Source: Octopus vulgaris | Lineage: Eukaryota | Direction: 5' to 3' | Length of the DNA: 64,000 nt | Assembly: GCA_951406725.2 (NCBI GenBank) | Contig: OX597818.1 | Span: 59,334,001-59,398,000 of the forward strand | In this document: one piece after another, positions 55,338 to 64,000 of the stretch | Position numbering within the stretch: position 1 is the first letter of the stretch | Layout: each line of letters begins with the position of its first letter | Made by a program: the position numbers and the translations under genes | The notes under the pieces: model-generated | What the model was told of the DNA's origin: nothing | The model's database searches: none | What the model saw: the letters and a program-made list of their open reading frames with translations, nothing else

Positions 55338-56754
55338 TATTCCATTATACATAAAGATATGTCGCTATGATAAACATTAAGGAAGATAAAGTCTGTAGTG
55401 GAAGCTTTTAATCATAGCTTCGTTTTCTACATTTTGAGTTCATATCTCATTGGTCAAAGATTCAATTTCCAATTCCTTTGGTCTTCGGTATAAGTCAAAT
55501 AGAGTCGGTTGAAATAACTGAACGTTTCCACCTCAAAATGCCTGCCACGTATTTATTACAATTTCAGCAATTTATATATGATTGAGTTGGAGTAAAATAA
55601 TCTTACATTTCTCGCAGTCGCTTATGTCTTCCGAGTTAATGTATCGCAACACAAAATAAATTTGGAATATATATTTTCATAATGAACAAAGAATATTCGG
55701 GGAATTTAGCGGAATACATTCAGTTGGTTCTAACCCTCAGCTAAAATGAATACGGCAGTTATTTGGAGTCTTACTCTGTTCATAATGGCCGTCTGTTATT
55801 AATAACATAGATACTGACTTAGGAATATTCCATTGAACGTAAGATTATTTCGTTAAGATAAACTCTGAGGAAGATAACGTGTCCGTTCTTTTGTATGTGT
55901 CGTTGGTTAAACAGTCCGTCCAATGCACAAAGAATCATCACTCTAACACAAGCCGCACCTATGATGGTCCCCGTGTTGTATAAGTTGTAGTGAGCCGTAT
56001 CCACTTCCGCATAGGCTGTTCAATAGGATGCAAGCCTAGAAACTGTGGGACGTCATTCCCACACGTCATTGAAAAGTAGTTGCCAGAGCGATATTGTCGA
56101 CGACGATGGACTGACTCAGAGGCACTGAATTGAGTTTTTATCCCGGATTCACACCCGAAGCTGTGCCTGTGGCTTCATATAACAGCCAGGCAGGTGTGCT
56201 TCGGAGTCCACCTGAGGATAACATGCAGTTTAATGCTGGAAAAATCCAACCCTTCGCTACCAGCACCCAAAACTGAACGAAAAACTTACAGGGTTCACTG
56301 GCCCAAGGACGATTGCATTGCAATCCCAGAACCTAAATCAGGACCAGTTAGTGCAACAGCCTGGGTTTCAGGGGCCCATAGCTTCTTAATATTCTCTCAA
56401 AAACCCAGAGACCTACACAAAGTGGATGTATGTGTTTTAAAATCAAAACTGATTCTCTAACTGTCGAGAGTCCTAGATGACCCTACCTCGCGACAGGAGG
56501 CGCAAATGGGGATAGAGCAACATCAAACTCCTTTATTCACCAAATGCCACTTATCAGTGGAGGCTCACAATAGTAGCAGCGTAGAGACGATGGGTGGATG
56601 GATAGATAGATAGATTGATAGATAGACAGACAGGTAGATAGGTAGGTAGATAGATAGATAGATAGAGACAGACAGAGATATTTATGGATGGTTGGATGGA
56701 TGGATGGATGGATGGATAGACAGATAGATATATAAATAGATGGATAGATAGATA

Positions 56755-57734
56755 TGTTTCTTTATTAGCCACACAGGGCTGCACACAGATAGAACAAATT
56801 ACAAGGTAGAGCTTTTCTTTTGAAGGTTTAAAAAAAAAAAAAAGGAAGGGGAGTTTCGATGAAAAAGGGATCGTAAAAGGAGAGAAAGAGGACAAAAAAA
56901 GGGGGTTAAAAAAAAGGGGAGAGAAAAAAAAAATTGATCAATAGGGATCGTTATCACAGAAATGTCAATATGAAGTGTAAAGGGGAGGACAGGTGAGGCT
57001 TACGCGTGGAAAGAAAAGCCTATGGAAAAGTCCACGGTAACCTCGGTCAATGGAGTCACATGTTATATTTCTTTTTTTTTTTTTGCGAATAAGCAACTCT
57101 CTGTTTTCAATTTCTGGGTTCATAGGATCATGCTCAAGGTGGCTTCGTCATTCATACGTGCCATTCTTGCTACATTCACCCATCTTTTTTTAAAACATTC
57201 GCTAGACAAAACTTGCCTCTCTACTCTCACTTTCCTTTTCAAGTGGTACTTGAAGAAGTTGATGAGAGATTGACCAGAGAGGAAAGTGTTTGTCTCCAAT
57301 CCTTTCAGACGCGTCCACCAGATACATTCTTTCGCCATAGCCACAAGGATGATGAAAATAGCTCTACCTTCCCGTTTGAAGGAGGGAGGCGTGACAATAT
57401 TGACGATAGACTCAGCTGATAAACCGACTCGTCCCACACGTGACAGCAGTTGTTCGACACAAGCCCACAGGTCGGAAATTGTTGGACACTGCACGAGTGC
57501 GTGCAGAACGGTTTCGTCGCTCTGACCGCATCTCGGGCAGGTCGGCCCCGTGTTTCTCGAGCCGTGTCTGTAGAGCTTATCCCGAACGGGTAGCGCTTCT
57601 CGGTAGCACTGCCAGGCCAGGGATCTCTGGAAGTTGTCCATGGGCCCTGGCCCGAAAGTCGTCCTGAACAGGCGGGTCAGGTACTCCTCGTCGACGTCCA
57701 GGTTCGCCCCGAGCTCGTCGTCGTACCTCCCCTC

Positions 57735-57735
<1 letters not shown>
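56755..57735 (-). mobile_element. 5'-truncated Tx1-clade LINE in (GATA)n
   Basis: Open frame with REALPVRDKL, CPRCGQSDETVLHALVQC (CCHC), AKECIWWTR to stop at 57120; T-rich 3' UTR and AATAAA; (GATA)n on both sides. Confidence 0.92.
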
Positions 57736-57804
<69 letters not shown>

Positions 57805-58396
57805 AGACAGGCGTCAACACAGATTGTGTCTACAAAATTCAACCACAAACATTGGTTGGCCTCCCACAACAGTAGCAGACACAACACTATGAGACGGAAA
57901 CTTAAACAAATTCGTAACAAGTTCTTTTGGCTACACACCAATTTTGTACAGCCGTATATTCTGAAACGAAGCAGCATATGTCTTACATTCTTTTCTTTTT
58001 GTAAAATGCTATAACTCACCTGAATGTAACCAGCCAACGTTACATGTTAAACGTTAAAATGAAAGAAATGAAAGTTAATTCATAAATAATTACATAATTA
58101 CGTATCACTCAACTGAGAGGAATTAGACAGGTAGAAAAATAAGAACGTGTTACCTATGAAATTAAGCAGACTGAAGTTTTGCTGAATTTATTTCGTGGCA
58201 TATATCTCAGGAATGAAATTTATGGCATTAATTTACCATTAGAAATACCATAAAATATATGAAGAACAACGAAATACAGGTCATGGGAAAAATTTTTCTA
58301 CGAATTTATGTTACCTAACAATGCCCATGCACATGATACCATACCCGTGTGGGCAGTCATCTAAAAGTTTTTGTGCATCTTGATGCTGACATACGT

Positions 58397-58493
58397 TCCT
58401 TGTTTTTCCTGATGAGAAGGCGGCATAATGCACCCCTTATTCCTTCGAAATTAGGAATATGCAGCCTTCGAAACATATGTCGAAAATAAAGGA
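58397..58493 (+). ncRNA. Type I hammerhead ribozyme, consensus core
   Basis: tccttgtttttc-CTGATGA(58409)-gaaggc...gccttc-GAAAC(58470)-ATAT-GTC-gaaaataaagga; stem I 5 bp + 2x2 internal loop + 5 bp, 6-bp stem II, GUC triplet. Confidence 0.85.
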
Positions 58494-58530
58494 ATTTTGT
58501 TAATTCGTCCTTCAACTCCATTCTTTCATT

Positions 58531-58559
<29 letters not shown>

Positions 58560-58561
<2 letters not shown>

Positions 58562-59225
58562 CTAATGTAGGATAAAATTTTTTCGAAAAAAATATTTTTC
58601 CAAAACAAAATTTTATCAATGGCCAGCATATTAAAAAATACCTTTAAATGTTAAAATTATAAGCAATTCATAAATAAGAGCAAACGAAAAAATTTCTAAT
58701 GCCAAATATGCCGAAAAATTGGACATATTGTCCATTAACCATATAATTTTTTCACAATACGCCCGCTACTCGAAAAAAGGTGGACAGAAATTTCTAAAAA
58801 TTTCCATTGTTACCATATCGGACCGATTTCAGGGTTCGCTACTAAGAGCCCCCTCTTCGTCAGTGATACATGTGGCAGAAGAAATAAATGAGATACTTAC
58901 TCATACCCATGGAAGAAGCAAACACTAAGTCATGAGCACAACTAAGTACCCCAAATACATCCAAAATAGAAATAATCTAGCCCATTCGAGACACGTGCGA
59001 TTTGAACTGATGCTCTCACAGAGTGAAAGAGTCCGGAAGTGAACACTTAAATTTATATCTAATGTAGCATAAAAAATTTTCGAAAAAAATTCTTTTCCAT
59101 ACATTTTGGATGTATTTGGGGTACTTAAATGTGCTCATGGCTTAGTGTTTGCTTCTTCCATGGGTATGAGTAAGTATCTCATTTATTTCTTTTGCCACAT
59201 GTATCACTGATGAGGGGGGCTGTTA
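58560..59225. mobile_element. Penelope-like pLTR arrangement with direct and inverted repeats
   Basis: TCTAATGTAG.ATAAAA..TTTTCGAAAAAAA at 58561 and 59058; 58850-58965 inverted at 59103-59220; minus hammerhead-like CTGACGA-ag-aggg..ccct-GAAATCGGTC at 58815-58868; (TA)n flanks. Confidence 0.7.
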
Positions 59226-60445
59226 TATATATATATATATATAACTCGTGGTTGGGAAGCTAGCTTCTTACCCCACGTGCACTCCATATATCCTTTCTAC
59301 TATAGGCACAAGGCCTGATATTTGGGGAGGAGGAATCAGTCAACTACATCGAGCCCCAGTTTTTCGCTGGTAAAGGCAAAGTCAACCTCAGTAGAATATC
59401 CTTTCTACGTCCACTCCATATATATTACGCGATTGTGTTCATCGTCATCCATTCTGTTTTTCCATCGTATCCGATGCCTTCCCTTCTTGCTGGCTGCCTT
59501 CCCTTCTTGCTCGCTCGCCTCACATTAAATTCTTACAATCACAAGTTGATACAATAATTGTTATGCATCTTGCTTGTAATTGTCTCCATTGTATTTAATT
59601 AAAATTTATATTCAATTTGAGTACAGAAATCTTTTGTATTATGCATATAAATTTAATATTCTTGATTAATCATTCTATGACTGCAAGGACTGTGTTATCA
59701 TTAACCCGTCTAATAAAATGCTTAGCGACTTTTCTTCCGCCGAGGTCGAGTTTGCCTTTTATCATCGCTGCGAGGATAAAATAAAATAACATTTGGGTAT
59801 TGGAGAAGATATACTCTTATTTGTCCTCCCCTCAAAATGGCTTCTCTTGTACGAAAAGAATTATCTTTACAGAGTTTTAGGGCCAACAAGCTTTGCACGA
59901 CACCTCATAGACCCTCTCCACTATAGTGACATTATCTAGAGACAAGCGAGACTGAGATGTCTGGTGCCAATATGAATGACATGATCAGGGATGTGGGAGC
60001 GCCATGATCTCCAGCACAAACCAAAGATCCCCAAAATGTCCAAAACCATTCCCTGCATATCTGGTTTTATATCAGAGTTGCTTCCTCCTAGACACATACT
60101 TTGCATTTCATCCTTTCGGGATCGACAAATCAAGTACCAGTGAAACACTGCAGTCGATGTACTCGACTAGTCCCCACCAAAAACTTTCAAGGCCTTGTTC
60201 CTATAGTAAAAAAATTAAGGATTATTTTATCAGTCATTAAAATATGAAAGATCTGTCAATATCTTATGATGGAAGTCATTAGTAATATTTGATGTCATTA
60301 GAAAGGTATGAGTCGTGATTAACGTTACTTTGAACTTATCTCACTCACTCGTCTCGTAGATGTATATGCGCTCTACACTAAATAATGAGTAATCCTTCAG
60401 TTTAATGTAAAATTGATCTTATTGTTTCTCGACATAAAAATAAAC

Positions 60446-60508
<63 letters not shown>

Positions 60509-60731
60509 GTGGTTCCCGCTGGTAAATGTCGTTTATTCAAGGGAAATTACCATCGCTCCCAAACGAAGTAGGATTAGAATTTTGATTTTGAAGCTGGGGA
60601 ATACGAGGAACAATTTGCGTACATGTACCATATCAATTACAAAATTTTCTTGACACTTCATAGTCCATTTAGCATACTTCTCAATATGCATCATTAGACA
60701 GATTCCTATTTTTTTCTTTTTTATTCTTATG

Positions 60732-60951
60732 TACGGAGGGGTGCGACAAAGTTCCTAGGTTTAAGAGTTTCGTTAGAGGCATGGCTAAGGCCCAACCTTC
60801 CGAGTTATTTTACAGGGCTTAGAAAAAAATGATGGACGCTGAAATAAGTGTCTTAAGCTAGAAGGGAAATACTTTGAATAAAATCATAATTAACTAATCC
60901 TCCTTTATTTGAATTTACCCCAAGGTAAGGCGTTTTTAAAAAGGCCTCGTA
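60732..60951. mobile_element. Old mariner-type MITE
   Basis: Ends TACGGAGGGGTG... and ...GGCCTCGTA resemble TACGAGG mariner TIRs. Confidence 0.55.
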
Positions 60952-61009
60952 GTGCACTCTTCATTTCCCTATATTCCATAACGACTTATTGATCAAATTT
61001 TACTGACAA

Positions 61010-61303
61010 ACCTAGAATTTCATAGAATCACATGATACTCCAAGTTTGAAACATAACATATACAAATTTTTTGTATTGTCGATGGGGCATTGGGACTTCC
61101 CAATTATAATAGCACTTTGGGTATATAGGTTATCATGGCGTATATACAAAACATTTCAAGCCAATGGTTGTGTCTATCTAAGTGGACAGTTAATTACATT
61201 ATCACTGTAAATATTAGTTACCTTTGTCTTAAGAACTGTATGTTAGCATACAGCGAACCAATTCTGATATTAGTTCATATACATACTTACATACATACAT
61301 ATG

Positions 61304-61369
<66 letters not shown>

Positions 61370-61417
61370 TATATATATATATATATATGTTTATATATAT
61401 ATATGTCTATATATATG

Positions 61418-61465
<48 letters not shown>

Positions 61466-61780
61466 TATATACATATATATATATTGTAATAAATAGACAT
61501 AAATATCTAAGAATGAGTAAGTCAAAACCTATAATACATCTGAAACATATGATTATGGTTGTTTTGGTTGTTTATATTATGGTGTTATTCGTAGAGAACC
61601 GGTCTACAGACTACATTTTAATGTATCGTAACAGAATTATTTCCCTCCTATATTTGTACGACTTTAGTTTTGTAGCTGACATAGGTGGAAAGTATGATAT
61701 ATTCCGTGCAGGAACTGCCATATATATGAATGTGCATTTAAATTGTAGTCTGGAAAGTAGACAAAATTTCAGTTATTCTT
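61010..61780 (+). pseudogene. Possible GPCR remnant, N-terminus to TM4
   Basis: HWDFPIIIALWVY aligns with HWEYMIIVI*V of the 22520-25900 copy; then [31 protein letters not shown] and [13 protein letters not shown]. Confidence 0.4.
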
Positions 61781-61819
61781 AAATGTAAGAAATACATTTC
61801 ACCTCTATAACATGTGTTC

Positions 61820-62190
61820 TTTTATTCTTGTAACTGTTTCGGACATCCGACTACGGCTATGCTGGAGCACCGCATTCAAGTGCTTTTGTCGAAATCGCCC
61901 CCAGGACTTACTCTTTTTAAGCCTAATACTTATTCCATCGCCTCCTTTTTCTGAACCGCGAATTTGTGGGGGACATAAACACACCTGTATCGGTTGTCAA
62001 GCGATGGTACACACACACACATACACACACATGTATATATATATACACGACAGACATCTACCAAATCTACTCACAAAGCTTTGGTCAGCCCACGGGTAAA
62101 ACAGAAGACATTTGCTTAAGGTGCCACGCAGTCGGACTGAACTCTGCACCATATGGTTTGGAAGCAAGCTTTTTACCCCAAAACCACGCA
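61820..62190 (-). mobile_element. SINE family 2, diverged
   Basis: Reverse complement of family 2 with many substitutions. Confidence 0.75.
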
Positions 62191-62199
62191 GTATATTCC

Positions 62200-64000
62200 A
62201 AAGTTACATATCCTAGAATGCCGCATATATAAAATATGTACGTCTTTGACAAATATTTTCTTTGCACCATATTAAATGTGGTAACATCTTTAATCTCTTA
62301 ATCTCTATTAGATTATAAATCGGGCGCTAGTTAAATTTGCAGTTACCACAGTGGAATCTAAGGTTATCTCCTAATAATATTACCATTGATTTAATTGGTC
62401 CCAGTCGACGTGTTTATCACCTGTATTTTCACATTTGCAGGTAACGTTCTGCTCCTTGGTTCATCGGAAGGCGATCTCCATCTTACACTGAATAAGTTAG
62501 CTACCAACGCTGCAAGGAGGCTACGAGGATAAGTGGAGGCGCAATGGCTCAGTGGTTAGGGCAGCGGACTCGCGGTCGTAGGATCGCGGTTTCAATTCCA
62601 AGACCGGGCATTGTGAGTGTTTATTGAGCGAAAACACCTAAAAGCTCCACGAGTCCCCGGCAGGGGATGGTGGTGATCCGTGCTGTACTCTTTCACCACA
62701 ACTTTCTCTCACTTTTACTTCCTGTTTCTGCTGTACCTGTATTTCAAAGGGCCGACCTTGTCACTCTCTGTGTCACGCTGAATATCCCCGAGAACTACGT
62801 TAAGGGTACACGTGTCTGTGGAGTGCTCAGCCACTTGCACGTTAATTCCACGAGCAAGCTGTTCCGTTGATCGTATCAGCTGGGACCCTCATCGTCGTAA
62901 CCGACGGAGTGCTCCTACTACTACGAGGATAATCGTTACGAAGCGTGAGACGTTGGTCGTCTGGAAAGTGTTCTTCCCAGTGCACTCTGCAAGTTGTGGA
63001 ACATCAGTGAGGAAGCGGAACAATATTTCAGTGCCGTATTCATGAGTGATGAGACGCAGGAAACTGAATTTTCTGCTACAATTACAGGTGTGCGCACAAT
63101 AATGCGTCAGCTTAAGCATTCGATCCGCAGAAGGGGTTGGTAAGAAGGGGTAAATCTGCTATCTTTAATTCGGTTTTCGCAACAGTTTTCACTTTCGGTC
63201 ATGAATGTTGGGTAATAAGACAAATATTATGATCGTGAGTAGAAGCAGACGAAACGCAGTTCCTTCTAAGGGTCAGTCTAGGAACATTATTCGACAGGGT
63301 GCGTATCTCAAATATCAGGGAATTCCTCTAGAACGAACCGCTGTTTCTCCGCATTGAGAATTCTCAGCTCCGGTTCTTCGGACACTCGTTTAGAACGTCT
63401 CAGGCAAGGATCTTAGGGTGGGCAGCTTGTAGACAAAGAAAGAAACCAGGTTCGAAATTTCCCGAAGACACCTGTTGAAAGCTGGAGGGTATATCAGCCG
63501 AAGCGTTGTCTTAACAACAAGCAAGATGAGGACAAATATCCATCAATTGTAAATAAATTAAATAAGAGACAAGAAAGAAATGTTTGAAAATATTTATAGC
63601 CTCAGTTGGCTGCACTTGAACATCCATTAGGAAGGTGTCACGACGGTTTCTTTTCATAGGAGTCTATGCAGGAGATATCAGAGGACTCTCTTTTCACTAA
63701 CTACCCAGAAACTTTTCACGGAAAAAGATGGTTGGATGAGGCAATATTCTACCCCGAATATTTGGGATACATTTATTTTTAACCCGTGAGAAACTATAGT
63801 AGCGTTAATAGACTAATGTAGACTCGTCTGCTAAAATATTAATCTTAACAACAAAATTCACTGGACTGATAGGTAAGTTTATTGGGTCCTCTGGAATCTA
63901 TATAATATTATTATTTCGGATTTGCGGTGCAATGAAATATTAATATTCTTATAATATGAAATTACTCGCTGGATGCGTATCCATATCCTCTGTTTTTTTT
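62200..64000. repeat. Segmental direct repeat, copy 2, including RTE remnant and SINE family 1 at 62535-62920
   Basis: Matches 1-1801. Confidence 0.97.

Larger units (their letters stand above)
45845..56584. repeat. Block B, cleaner and more complete copy of block A
   Basis: Contains segments missing from A (about 49125-49545 and 53050-53360). Confidence 0.95.

Noticed and set aside
57120-58037. 305-aa ORF as a host gene
   Set aside because: Chance fusion of flanking DNA, a (TATC)n tract and the Tx1 ORF2 C-terminus.
57800-58040. Minus-strand GTGAGT...TTTCAG mini-intron with flanking exons
   Set aside because: About 59 nt, no recognisable protein and no partner exons.

Overview
AT-rich, microsatellite-dense animal genomic DNA; the SINE and LINE repertoire looks like octopus (recognised from memory, not searched). 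I found no intact protein-coding gene, and most listed ORFs are microsatellite or transposon artefacts. Mobile DNA comprises three tRNA-type SINE families, decayed RTE, R4/Dong, Tx1 and CR1-like LINEs, a mariner remnant, a Tigger-like element and two Helitron copies. Two less obvious layers emerge from reading the sequence. First, several unrelated short elements sitting in (TA)n tracts carry type I hammerhead ribozyme cores. Two have the full consensus core, and two long hairpins carry a core variant in both arms; this fits Penelope-like pLTR or retrozyme fragments. Second, about six heavily decayed, apparently intronless rhodopsin-class GPCR remnants fill much of the non-repeat DNA. Large-scale structure: 1-1801 recurs at 62200-64000 (about 99% identical); an ~11 kb block is repeated across a 100-N gap (probably an assembly artefact); two smaller inverted duplications are present.
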